Shown: one piece after another, positions 1 to 11,869 of the stretch
How positions within the stretch are numbered: position 1 is the stretch's first letter
Layout: the number at the start of each line of letters is the position of its first letter
DNA from: Octopus sinensis
Taxonomy: Eukaryota
DNA: 64,000 bases
Direction: 5' to 3'
Assembly (NCBI RefSeq): GCF_006345805.1
Contig: NC_043011.1
Location: forward strand, 12,161,022-12,225,021
Made by a program: the position numbers and the translations under genes
Notes under the pieces: model-generated
What the model saw: the letters and a program-made list of their open reading frames with translations, nothing else
Database searches by the model: none
Told to the model about the DNA's origin: nothing

Positions 1-2432
1 CTTGAACTCACTCAAATCATTACTGTTTATACTTTACTTGGACCAGTCTATCTCTCGCAAGGGGGCGTTGTAACTCTCAGCACAACATCTCTCCTTTTGA
101 GATTTCAACTACTGTGGGAAAGTGTTATTTCTTTTATTTTTAATTTTTTCCAGCACTTCTCCCTATCATTTTTTTTAGCTGTTCTATCTTAATTTTTTTC
201 CGACTTTTAAGGTAATGTTGTTCGTTGCACACAGCACTTTTTCTTTTTGTTGTACTAAGCACTTTTTTTTTGAAAATTTAGTATCTTTTTTGTTTAGGTA
301 TTACTTCCACTTATTCAGTCTGTTTTCATTTTCTGAAGCTAGTTGTATGGGGTTCAGTATCTCTCAGTGCTGGCACTTCAAACATATCATAGCAGACTTC
401 CATTGGTATTACCTTTCGTTCTTCTGTATGTCTCATCTTTAACTGGTTAAGGTGTCTCTTATGTTCCAAATATTGTTCTTTAATTAAATACATCATGTTA
501 CCTACTCTATTGATTACACAGCCATCCTCCTAACCTTCTTTACCACTTTTGTAATTTTGAAAATGAACTTTATCTCCTACTTCGAAAAGTTTTGTAATAT
601 TTCTTGTATTTCCTTCAAATGTATTTTTTGTCTTTCCTTTTTATATACTTTTTCCTAACAATTTATTTAAGATCAATTTTATTTCATGGTTGAACATAAA
701 CTCTGCTGGTGACTTTCCTGAGTTAATATTTGGATTTGGTGTTATTCTATATACTCTCAAAAATTTCGTTAGTGTCTCGTCATTAGCTCATTTCTAGCTT
801 TTCTTAGAGCTCTTTTGAATGTGTCGACAAATCTTTTCACCTGCCCTCTTGACCTTGGGTGGAAGGGTGGGATAAAGAGGTCCATTTTGCATAATCCACT
901 TTTTTTCCCAATCTGTCCAACTCTTCACCCACTTTATTACTGCAAAAGGCACTTACCTATTCGGCTTGAACACAGGTGTAACATTATCATCTAATCCAAA
1001 ACAGACTTCAGTCTTTGTGCATAGGCCTGTTTGTCCTAGAGTACTTGCGGAAACACTGTTTTTTTTTATATTTTCTCTTTAACTCTTCAGACGAATTATT
1101 TTTAGAGGGACAACCATTTATGTTTTTACAATAAAGATTTATGAATCTATTGGTACCAAACAGATTGGTTGCATTTTTAATGATGAAGTCTTTTCCCTTG
1201 AGATCTGACATTAGTTCACATTTCACCTATGAAATGTAATTTGTTGCCTGTCATGAGCAGATTTTGCTGCTTTTCTCAGGTTTCCCTATTTTCTTTCACA
1301 TGTCTATATTTATTATTGAAATATCACTTCCAGTATCCAATTGAAGTTTGATATATATTCCATCTATTTTTACATGTACGAATTTTATTATTTGGGAGTC
1401 AATTTTTCTTTCTGCTGAGAGCACTCTAGGATTTTTAATGCTTGCCCTTCGTTATTTTGTTTTGCAGTGTGAACTCTTGTGACCAGTTCTTTTGCAACTG
1501 TAACATTTTTGATTTTTAAACAGACAGTCTTTTCTGAAATGCATGCCCCTACATCCATAACATGGATTAGGATGTGGCACTCTTTTTCGGTTGTACTTTT
1601 CTGGTTGACATATCTGTATTTTTGAGGAATCCTTTTCTTGAATTTTTTTCTATATTGTGTTTCAGGTTTACCATCCTTTGCCATTCTTCTGCCATGGACT
1701 GTAAGATTAGATCTTGGTTTGCTTGTTCAAATTTAGAAAGAATTCTTGCCTGAATTTCTGTATCTTTATTCGCTGTAAGGCCTTGTATGAAAATAAGACA
1801 CTTGAACATCTCAGGTGTAAACTCTTTGACTTTAAAACTTTCACACATCCTGTTGACTGTTCCTACATATGTGATAAAATCATCACTCTCTTTTTTTCAT
1901 TATATTCCAACACTTCATTCAAGTGTTAAATAGAGAGGTTTTATCACCGAATATGTTAGACAGTAGTTCTGTTGTTTCTTTAAAACAAATTTCATTGGGT
2001 TTTTTTGACAATATGAAATTACAGTAACGTTCATGCTCTGATGGAGCTAATTTTCACAATAACGATCTCACTTTTTGTTTGTCCAACCATGATTTGCAAT
2101 CTTGCTTAAAAGTCTCCTCATACCTTTTGTAGTACGATGCAAAAGTTATGCCATCCTCTGGGTTATAACCGAATTCATTAATCGAGTTTGAAATGCCATC
2201 TGGTGAAAGTGAATTTATCTCATTTTTGGACTTATTTGAATATAGTTTAAATAATTATTGTTGTAGTTGTTGCTGTAATAGTTGCTTCTGCAACTCCTGT
2301 TGCTGCTCTTGTTGTTGCTTTTGCAACTGAACTATGCAAGTTAATAGGACTTCCATTATTTAACAAGTTGTATCATGAACAAATTGTTAAATAACCTACA
2401 TGAGATTCGAAACCCTCATCGCCAGATGTTGT
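1..2432 (-). mobile_element. Ty3/Gypsy LTR retrotransposon remnant, internally deleted (gag, start of pol, C-terminal half of integrase)
   Basis: On the minus strand: LTR end ...ACAACA at 2427-2432, then PBS-like TGGCGATGAGG (2414-2424). Gag-like FKCLIFIQGLTANKDTEIQARILSKFEQ (1567-1848). RT-start motif ELDRL...VDYAKW (~880-930). Integrase core PPFHPRSRGQVKRFVDTFKRAL (~790-875). PPT AAAAGGAGAGA (88-98), then 3' LTR starting TGTTGT at 87. Many stops and frameshifts. Confidence 0.85.
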
Positions 2433-2490
2433 AAAAACATGTGTGTATACATATGTGTAATAGTTGATATCACCTTACTGTCAATGGTAG

Positions 2491-4780
2491 TGTAGGGCAT
2501 TAGCTATGTACTTGTAAGAAACAAACTATAAACAAGGACTTTCACTGCAGACTAGTTAGTCCACAGAGAAGGGACTTCTGGGTTAGGGTTAGGGTAGCAA
2601 ACAAAACCTGAGCTGAAATGGCTGAGTGTTATTGATGATTGACATAAACAACACACTCTTGTTTGTTGTTATTTTTCAGTATAGCTTAACAAAAGCTGTA
2701 AGTGGTGGCCCTGAAATAGAAAACACGCAATCATGGCGAGCGAGAACGCCATCACACTGAAGCTCCTGCAATCTGGCCAAAGCAGGCCGAGTTATAATTT
2801 GCATGAGTTGAGGAGGCACAGTTCAACATCAGGAAGATCACCTTGGACCTGACAAAATATTCCCATGTAACAACAGCAGCCCTGGATGAGGACACAACAA
2901 CAAGGATGCTAGATATCTTAACCCAGCCACCAGCTACTCACAAATACGAGACTTTAACAAACAGACTTGTGGAAACATTTCCGGCTTAGTAACTGGGAAG
3001 TTGCAGCCAAGATACTAGATACAGAGGGATTAGGTGATTCCAAGCCTTCCAAACTAATGGACAGGATGCTAGCATTAGTGCTCCCTGATGAGTCACCTTT
3101 TTTATTTAGGGAGATATTACTCTGTGAATTGCCACCCCAGGTCCAGTCCCTCATATCTCAGACTGAGTTAGCAAAAGTGGCTGACAAGTATTTTTGTTTG
3201 ATTGGTGCCATAAGGTCAGCTCCGAGACATGGTGAGGTTTCATAAGATGATCTGTATTTTTCGCAAGAATCTCAGAGCAAGGGCTACCAAATGTAAACAA
3301 CCATGCAGCTTCGAGCACTTTGTCATCAGCTTTGTGAAACTCCAGGTTTGGCCGCTGTTAAACACCATGGTGCAAACACGATCAGCGGCTCCTGTATGTC
3401 CATGATCAGGGCTCTGGACAAAGATTCTTAATCAACACAGGAGCAAAAGTCCGTATGATCCCAGTATCTGTAAAGGGATCTCTGTTACAGAGAGTGAGGC
3501 TGACCTTAGCAGTGTATGGACACCACATTCTCGCCAAAGTGTATGGATGCTACATTCTCTTCCTTTGCATTGACTCACATGTGTTTAGATGAGTGTTCAC
3601 CATTGCTGATATTCATCGGCCTATTATTGATGCACACTTTCTTCAAGTCCACTCGCTGCTGGTTGATCTTCAGGGGAAATGACTCAGCAATACTTACGCC
3701 TCTGTTTCTCTGGCAACATCTGCACTTGCCGCCCCTTGCATAGTGGCCATCTCTCAGACTAAGAACAAGTTCTCAGACCTTCTTGTGAACCACATGAACC
3801 TCACTACCCTGACATTCTCCAAATACACAGTCCACCATGGAGTGAAACACCACATCCCCATTACAGTACACAGCCATGTGCGTCATCTACCACCAGACAA
3901 ATTTGCTATTGTGAAGGCTCAGTCCCTGGCCATTACTTCTACATGTGGCACCTAAACCTAAAGGAGGTTGATGGCTTTGTGGAGATTATCCCCATCTCAG
4001 CACAAACAGCACCTGACCACAATTCCAAATATACAGAACTTCTCAGCCTAGTTAGCCAGGTTCTCAGATTTCTCGAGGGTCGACCTCGTATAAGGTTACC
4101 ACCAAATACCTGTATAATATGATATGATTATGTTCCTAAAACTGCCATGATCACTCCTTTTGGACTGTACAAAGTTCTACGTACACCCTTTAGCCTAAAA
4201 AACACAGCATAATCTGTTCAATGCTTGATGGACAACATGGGTATGGATCTAGATTTTGTCTTCACATACCTAGATAACATCCTTATCGCAAACCAAACTG
4301 CAGAACTACACAAAAAGTGCCTAGTCACTCTTTTTGATAGACTGGAGCAATATAGTTTGGTAGTCAATCCCATCAAATGTGTCTTTGGCATTAAGGAAAT
4401 CAGACTTTCTTGGACATCGAATCACAGGTGCTGACACTACAGAAAAAGTAAAAACTATCCTGTTCTTTCTATGTCCCACCATAAGCGAGGCTCTCCACCA
4501 TTTTGTGGGTATGGTAAACTTTTATCATTGTTTCATCCCCTCTGTGGCAAGATTGATGAGACCCCTGTACAAATTGCTACCAGGAGAAAGTTAAAAGAAA
4601 AACAGGTGGTGTGGGACAGTGCAATCACCTCAGCCTTCAAATCCACAAAAGAAGATCTTGCTACAGCCATCATGCTCTCCCATCCTCAGCATTGACTGCA
4701 CTCACAATCGATGCCTCTGATTCAGCCATCGGAACAATATACATCAATTTTGGAACAAAACACCTTCTCAGATCAAACGA
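2491..4780 (+). mobile_element. Second Ty3/Gypsy remnant (gag-RT-RNase H start), degraded
   Basis: PBS-like TGGTGGCCCTG at 2703-2713 and gag ATG at 2733 (ASENAITLKL...EAQFNIRKIT). RT motifs SRVDLV*GYHQIP, KTAMITPFGLY, DFVFTYLDNILIA and NPIKCVFG (4070-4390). RNase H start TIDASDSAIG (~4700-4735). Multiple frameshifts. Confidence 0.85.
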
Positions 4781-5794
4781 CAGTCAACAATTCTACCCCT
4801 ACATCTCTAATATGCTCTCTAGCCTTTCTTTCTCTTGCTGCACCCACCCACTCTTCTCACAACTACTTTTCCATCTACAATGCTTTCCTGGGATTCACAC
4901 TCTACTCTTCTTCTCTCTCCTATCGCTTTGGTACTCTCCAGAATCTACTTCTTGCCCCTCTTTCTTCTTTTCTTTTACTGCCTTCTCCCCAACAGTTTTT
5001 CTACCACTTCAACACTATTTCCCATTTTCTCCTCTTATTTACCTGCAATTTCCTCTTCACACCTTTCTTTCCTTCATTGACTCTTTCAGGATTCCTCCCT
5101 ACATAGGTTTATTGCCCATTTCTTATAATATTGGATTGTTCTTAACTCCATGTTTCACAATCCATCTTATCACCTTTTCAAATTTCTTTTTTAATCTAGT
5201 CCTTCTTTCTACAATTCCTTACCATGCTTCCCCATTTTCTCCTTTTTCTTACCATCCTTCATTTCTCCCAGTCTTCTGTTCTCCTTCACTCAATTACAGG
5301 AGTCACATGAGGGCTTTAGTCTTGTAAGCTAGGAGGCAATCACCACTGATGTTGGTGTTATGAAAAAAGTACCCAGTACACTCTGTAAAGTGGTTGGTGT
5401 ATATACCCTTGTTTTGCTTTGTAGAATTATCTCTGTGTGTGTATGTTTGAATGCATAATCATGCATGCACAAGCATGAAGATATACATGCATATTGTATT
5501 TATATTCACCAGCACTCTCGTATACATACTTACATACACTGTGTGTAGGTATGTATACATTTTCCTTATTTGTTTCTGTATTTATTTATGGAACAGCATA
5601 ACAGGCAAACTATTTGAAAAATAAGAATTATCCATGTAACATTGTAATTGTTTTTATAATTTGTTCTAGAACTATCCAGGGAAATATCATTATCACTGGT
5701 ATATAAATTAATAGCCCCTTGGTTTGTAACTAGTTTGTTGAGTGCTAATGCATGAAACTCTCAGCCTTTGAGGCACTCTGTTCCTTCTGCTAAT

Positions 5795-5940
5795 CATCAT
5801 CATCATCATCATTTAACGTCTGTTTTCCATGCTAGCATGGGTTGGACGGTTCGACCGGGGTCTGGTAAGCCATGGAGGCTGCACCAGGCTCTAGTCGGAT
5901 TTGGCTGTGTTTCTACAGCTGGATGCCCTTCCTAATGCCA
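5795..5940 (-). mobile_element. SINE / RTE-related 3' end with (ATG)n tail, truncated
   Basis: (CAT)n followed by TTTAACGTCTGTTTTCCATGCTAGCATGGGTTGGACGG...CTGGATGCCCTTCCTAA. The same sequence recurs at 6836, 9833, 17740, 34520 and 36060. Confidence 0.8.
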
Positions 5941-6554
5941 AATATGAATAAAATATATTTTTCTTTGAACTTTATTTAAGTTCTTGAGGGAATTGAAGCC
6001 TGTCACCAACAAAATGACAAGACTTTTTGAGTTAAGAGTGTTCCCAGTATTTGTGAATCTGTGGTTGAGTGGATGTGTTGGTTGAACTATCAATGCATCC
6101 ACCCAAGTGTGTGCATCTGTTCACATTAGAATCTCAGATGGAGAATTTTTGGAATGTCTTACAGATCTTCACCATGCCACTAATAGATTGGATTTGAAGA
6201 ATCCACATCAGTTTATATACATTTGTATAAACATACATATAAATAGACACAGTATGGCCAGATAGTTTAGAAGTCTATCTTGAAATCACATTATTCCAGT
6301 ACAATTGCATCTGGGGCATGTGTCTTTTGCCATATCTTGCCTCTCATTGACTCCAAGTTTTGTGATTGAAATTAGATGAATGGAAACGGTGCAGAAATGC
6401 ATTTGATGGATTGCACTTTTTATACAAAGATCCAGTCTTGTCATACACTCTGCTCTACTGTGTCTGTCCCTGGAATACACAGCTACTTGAATGTTAATTC
6501 AATGAGTTTGTTTGTTTGTTTTTGTTTTTCCAGTTTCAGCTCTTGAGCTGTGGC

Positions 6555-6737
6555 CATGCTGGGGCACCGCCATTGTGGTGAAAGAGTACAGCAGGGATCA
6601 CCACCCCCTGCCAGAGCCTCGTAGAGCTTTTTAGGTGTTTTCGCTCAATAAACACACACAACGCCCAGTCTGAGAATCGAAACCGCGATCCTGCGACCGC
6701 GAGTCCGCTGCCCTAACCACTAGGCCATTGCGCCTCT
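6555..6737 (-). mobile_element. tRNA-derived SINE
   Basis: Minus strand begins GAGGCGCAATGGCCTAGTGGTTAGGGCAGCGG (A box) and has GGTTTCGATTCTC (B box). Homologous copies at 28560-28853 and 48600-48877. Confidence 0.8.
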
Positions 6738-6835
6738 AGGAGTAGGTAGTTCAGCTGAATTTTATTTTTACAGAAAGGGCCAGTTCCATGAAAGGTTTTG
6801 CACACTACTAAGAACAGGGATTAATCACCTTCACA

Positions 6836-7270
6836 TCATCATCATCATCATCATCGTTTAACATCCGCTTTCCATGCTAGCATGGGGTTGGACGGTTCGA
6901 CCGGGATCTGGGAAGCCAGAAGGCTGCACCAGGCCCCAGTCTGATCTGGCAGTGTTTCTACGGCTGGATGCCCTTCCTAACACCAACCTCTCCGTGAGTG
7001 TAGTGGATGCTTTTTATGTGCCACCTGCACAGGTGCCAGACGAGGCTGGCAAACGGCCACGATCGGATGGTGCTTTTTACGTACCACCAGCACGGGGGCC
7101 AGACGAGGCTGGCAAACGGCCACGATCGGATGGTGCTTTTTACGTGCCACCAGCACGGGGGCCAGGCAAGGCTGGCAAATGGCCACGATCAGTTGGTGCT
7201 TTTTACGTGCCACCAGCACGGAGGCCAGTCAGGGTGACGCTGGCAACGGCCATGTTCGGATGGTTAAGCT
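6836..7270 (-). mobile_element. (ATG)n-tailed SINE carrying an internal 63-bp minisatellite (~3.5 units)
   Basis: Same family as 5795. Unit GCCAGACGAGGCTGGCAAACGGCCACGATCGGATGGTGCTTTTTACGTGCCACCAGCACGGGG recurs at ~7035, 7098 and 7161. Confidence 0.8.
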
Positions 7271-7938
7271 CTCGAAAATCAGCATGGCATCTAGTAACTT
7301 GAGTTAGCAACCTTGATGTACCTCACAACACTGAATAGTTGAATATCTTTAAAAGAATCAAACCAAACCTTGTTAGCTTTGATTTCTATTGACTTTATAT
7401 CTCTTGCAACACTGTAGTTAAAAGTATTTTTCTCAAGCTCTTAATAAAGTGACTTAACTTTCTCACAAATAAATGCTTTATCCACTGACCCACCATCAAT
7501 TGTTTCTCTTTGAGTGGCACTAAAAGTATTTTCTTTTTCGTTACTATGTGAGACATAAGTATTATTAAGACCGCATGTTCCTTTTGCTACATGTGCGCTT
7601 TTTGTTTTACCCTTCCTTTTCGAAATAGTACAGATTTCGTCAATTCATATTCTGTACTAGGATCACTGAAAGAGTCCACTTTCTCAAATGGAAATAATCT
7701 CTTTGTTTTTTTTTGTTTTGTTTTTTTTTGTTCCCTCAATAATGTTCTTTTATACAGGTTCTGCTTTGGGTATGGGGAATATACCACAACCCTAATTCTT
7801 AGAAATAATTAAATTTTTTCCCTTAAGAAAATTCCTCTGCTTCTGCTGCAAGCAAAACAGTAAACCAGAATGACACTGAATATATACAGAAATCATGTAG
7901 TACTTCCAGGATAACTGAGAAAATATACTTCCTGTGTA

Positions 7939-9236
7939 CGAGGGGCATTCAATAAGTAATGCCCCTGACCCACTTCCCATAGCAGTAGAGCAACGAAACT
8001 TGGCAAAGTTATTAGTCTTTTTCTACATAGGAACCACCCAGAGTTACGCATTTCTCCCATCGTTTGATGCAGCTCTGGAGACCGTTTTTGTAGAAGACCC
8101 CAGTTTGGTCCTCCAACCACGACGTGACTTCAGAAATCAAGGCTGCATCATCTGGGAAACGCTTTCCTTTCAAAAACAACTTCATGACTGGGAAGAGGTG
8201 AAAATCAGAGGGTGCAAGGTCAGGAGAGTAGGGGGGATGGGGGAGGAATTCATAGCCACACACCTGTGCTTCTGATCTGGCGACACGCGAATTGTGGACC
8301 GGAGCGTTGTCCTGCAAGAGGAGGATGCTTTGCTGATCTTGCCCCACCTCTTGATTTTGATAGTTTCTCTTAATTTCCTCAAAAGTGAAGCATAATAGGC
8401 TCCTGTAATTGTGGTACCCTTTGCCAGGAAATCTGTCATCACTACTCCGTCCTGGTCCCAGAAGACTGTGAGCATGACCTTGCCAGCGGAGGGCTGCACC
8501 CTTGCCTTCTTTGCAGGAGGTGAGTCACGGTGCTTCCACTGCATTGACTGGGCTTTAGTCTCTGGATCATAGTGATGGACCCAGGTTTCATCCTGTGTAA
8601 TCAGTCTTTTGAAAAATTTTGACTCATCTTCTTGGCACATCTCCAAATTCATCCTCAAGCACTTGACGCATTCTTGCTTCTGGAAAGGTGTGAGCAACCT
8701 GGGAATCCATCTGGCAGACACCTTTTGCATATGCAAATGGTCATGAATGATAGTTTCCACAGACCCGGTACTAATCTTGACCTTATGGGCTATTTCGCGA
8801 ATAGTTATGCGTCGATCTTCCAAAATGGCAGCCTCAACTTGACGGACAGATGCCTCATCAATGGCAGAAGGGGGGGGGGGGCGACCAGATCTGGGAGCTG
8901 TTTTCACAGAGTTCCAACTATGTTTGAATCCACGATGCCATCGTTTTACAAGGTCGCATGATGGGGCATCATCACCATAAGTTACTTTCATTTCATGAAA
9001 AGTCTCCTGTGGTGTGCGTCCTTTCAAATACAAAAACCGGATCACTGCTCGACACTCAACAGGCTCCATTTCACACTTGACTCAGTTCAAACACCTGTAA
9101 ATCAGAAACCACAATAAGTTCAGAGCTGTAATTTGCCACTTAATCTGTAGAGATATGAATAATTGCACATGCAAAATTTCAGCTAGATCAAACTACTGCA
9201 AGTGGGTCAGGAGCATTACTTATTGAACGCCCCTCG
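7939..9236 (-). mobile_element. Full-length DD34D mariner transposon (irritans-like) with a single frameshift in the transposase
   Basis: 37-bp TIRs (CGAGGGGCATTCAATAAGTAATGCCCCTGACCCACTT; 2 mismatches) flanked by TA at 7937-7938 and 9237-9238. Transposase 9069->8012 with WIPRLL, TQDETW, QDNAPVH and YSPDLAPSDFHLF; 34 residues lie between the second and third Asp. A 1-bp deletion near 8328 splits it into ORFs 8182..9069 and 8012..8347. Confidence 0.97.
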
Positions 9237-9249
9237 TATCCTTAGTGTT

Positions 9250-9830
9250 TCTAGCTCCTGCACATCTTCCGCATACAACCTCAACTTTCCATGTTAACCT
9301 TCCAGTGATTCCACCCACATCTCTAGTGTGTCCATAGCTTGCACAGCATACATCATGTGGAATTCTAGCTTACAACTTTCCTCCGTAAGAAGGGTCATTT
9401 ACCTGAAGGGAATTGAGTCCTGTTCATTTTTTTTTTTTTTTTTTGCTTACTAGAACATTAGTCTCCCTAAATTAATATTAAGGCTCTCTAATTCCAGGTT
9501 TTGCTTCCAGACCTGGGATTTTTTCCCTAATTCTGTTACAGATTCTCTTATGAGAGCTAGGTCATCAGTATATAGTAGTGTCCAAGGGCAGCTGGTCTTA
9601 AATTCCTCTGTTATGGTCTGCAGGAAAATAACGAATAGGAGGGGACTGGAAACTGATCCTTGGTGAGCTCCTTTCTGAACACTAATTAACCACTACTCAT
9701 GGCTAACTATCACCTTACTAACAGCACCCCTGTACATGGCTTATATGTCTTTTACTGGCCATTGGTCTACCCCTAGCTTCCTCCGAGGCCACCTGAGGGA
9801 CTCTGCCAAAGGTTTTCTTCAGGTCAACAA
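9250..9830 (-). mobile_element. RTE-clade LINE reverse-transcriptase fragment
   Basis: Minus-strand reading QKGAHQGSVSSPLLFVIFLQTITEEFKTSCPWTLLYTDDLAL (~9550-9680) matches RT motifs B and C (YADD-like). Confidence 0.75.
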
Positions 9831-9832
9831 AT

Positions 9833-10170
9833 CATCATCATCATCATCATCATCGTTTAACGTCCGTTTTCCATGCTAGCATGGGTTGGACAGTTCAACT
9901 GGGGTCTGGGAAGCTAGAAGGCTGCGCCAGACCCAGTCTGATCTGGCAGTGTTTCTACAGCTGGATGCCCTTCCTAATGCCAACCACTCCGTGAGTGTAG
10001 TGGGTACTTTTTACATGCCACCTGCACAGGTGCCAGACGAGGCTGGCAAACGGCCACGATCGGATGGTGCTTTTTACGTGCCACCAGCATAGGGGCCAGA
10101 TGAGGCTGGCAACGGCCACAATCGGATGGTGCTTTTTACGTGCCACCGGCATGGAGACCAGTCAGGTCAA
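9833..10170 (-). mobile_element. (ATG)n-tailed SINE with ~2.5 units of the 63-bp repeat
   Basis: Near-identical to 6836-7270. Confidence 0.8.
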
Positions 10171-10595
10171 GTATAATAGTTTACTTTCAGTACAATACTT
10201 TTCCTGTGGTTGTCTTACTAAGAAAATTGCTTCAGTAATACTGTTTTGCATGTGTGTGTGTGTGTTACTCTTTCCTTGCTTTGATATTACATAATAGCTG
10301 TAAGCAAGTGTCACTATCATGCAGGCAGTGTCCTTTGTTTCAAATCTTGCAAGGCATGTAAGGTCATAGACAGATATACCTTACTTGAAAACGGGTCAGG
10401 GTTGATGACAGGAAAGGCATCTGGCTATACAAAATCCACCTTAACAAATTTTGTCCAACCTATATGAAGAGGAAAAAGAAAAGGTGAACATTAAACGATG
10501 ATGATATATAATCAATTAAGGCTGTTCATCATTTTATTTAATCTAGAGAGAGATAGTTAAATTTTCCACATTTCTATGTCTGCTATGTAGGTTTT

Positions 10596-10626
<31 letters not shown>

Positions 10627-10724
10627 ACGCAAGTCATAAAAATTGCAATAAGTAAAAGTGAGATGATGAATGTAATAGTGATAACTGCAGAAACTTAAGT
10701 AATAGTACTTTCTGCCATAGGCTC

Positions 10725-10865
10725 AACTGTTAATTAATTCATCGACCTCAAAAGGATGAAAGGCAAAGTCGATCTCAGCGTAATTTGAACTCAGAGCATA
10801 AAGACAGATGAAATGCCACTAAGCCTTTTGCCCGGTGTGCTAACGATTCTGCCAGCTCACCACAT
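10725..10865 (+). mobile_element. SINE 3' module (…ATCGACCTCAAAAGGATGAAAGGCAAAGTCGA…TTTGAACTCAG…)
   Basis: The same module recurs at 46040-46205, 48140-48240, 51800-51992, 52320-52440 and 60710-60815. Confidence 0.7.
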
Positions 10866-10899
10866 TAGAGACTTAAGTAACAATACAATTAACATCACT

Positions 10900-11868
10900 T
10901 AGACACCAAAGCATGGTGGGTGCAACACAAATTTATTGGAAGGGACTTGGATTTGACGCAGATCGATTCGGACTGTTTTCAAGTAAGCTGCAGAGCGAAT
11001 GCAGATTTGTTGATAGCAACAGCATCAAAACAAAGGAAACAGAGAGAAGAGAGTTTCATTTGGTTCAATGCTCTCAACAAGGACAGATGATGAAATGGGA
11101 GGAACACACTGTTGAGAGCAAAATATGTTGGTGGTGGACGATGTTTTCTGATTCATTCATCCTACGATGTCTTGCCATCGCCTACAAACCTAGTAAGATG
11201 GAATGTATCAGAAAATGATATATGCAGATGTGGAAAAGTCAGAGCACTGAAACATATTCTTTCCAACTGTTCATTGGCACTGGACAGATATATATATATA
11301 TATATATGGAGACACAATCTGGTTCTTAAGGTTATTTTCAATGCAACAAAGAACCAAATTACTCTCATCATTAGTGGCAAAATAAAAAACAAAAACATGA
11401 AAGAAACCAGCCAGAGGTTCCATTACCATTTTACATTCAAGCTAGCGAATCTGTTTGAAGAAGAAAACACTTCCTGTGAGCGATGAAAAATGGAACAGCT
11501 ATTGGTGGGTGGCTGCAGATTTACAAGGATTCTTACCCATTCCATTTACAAAGAAACCAGTTATTATCATTGGTGTGAAAGAAAGAAAGTGGTAAGTCTA
11601 GTCGAGTTCATAGTTCCTCATGAAGATAACATGGATGCCACTTGGGCTCAAAAGATTGACTGTTATAAAAACCTCCTCAACGAATGTGAAAACACAGGCT
11701 GGAAAGTGGAGCATTTTCCAATTGAAGTTGGATGCAGAAGCTTTGGACACAGTGTGAGACGACTGCTGTTGTCACTAAGCCTAACTCATCATAAAACAAA
11801 TTCCACCATGAGTGATATACAGACTACAGTGGAGAATGTAAGCCACTGAATTTGGTTAAAAAGAGCAC
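10900..11868 (+). mobile_element. Hero/R2-Hero-type non-LTR retrotransposon 3' part (zinc knuckle plus restriction-like endonuclease), degraded
   Basis: YDVLPSPTNLVRW...CRCGKVRALKHILSNC...WRHNLVL; KKVVSLVEFIVPHEDNM...KIDCYKNLLNECENTGWKVEHFPIEVGCRSF; ends SH*IWLKR. Confidence 0.8.
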
Positions 11869-11869
11869 T

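Noticed and set aside
2580-2598. GGGTTAGGGTTAGGGTAG telomere-like motif
   Set aside because: Only about two TTAGGG units, within a putative LTR; not a telomeric array.
4611-5327. 238-aa ORF rich in Phe/Leu/Ser, with overlapping ORFs
   Set aside because: Pyrimidine-rich low-complexity strand lacking stop codons by composition. It begins in Gypsy debris and has no domain-like sequence.
6555-6737. tRNA-like sequences here and at 28.8, 48.85, 49.68, 56.57 and 60.19 kb
   Set aside because: They have A and B boxes but no complete cloverleaf or acceptor stem, and they continue into shared SINE bodies, so they are SINE heads, not tRNA genes.
7005-7235. Regularly spaced repeats suggestive of a CRISPR array
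   Set aside because: Contiguous 63-bp tandem units with no unique spacers, inside a eukaryotic SINE.
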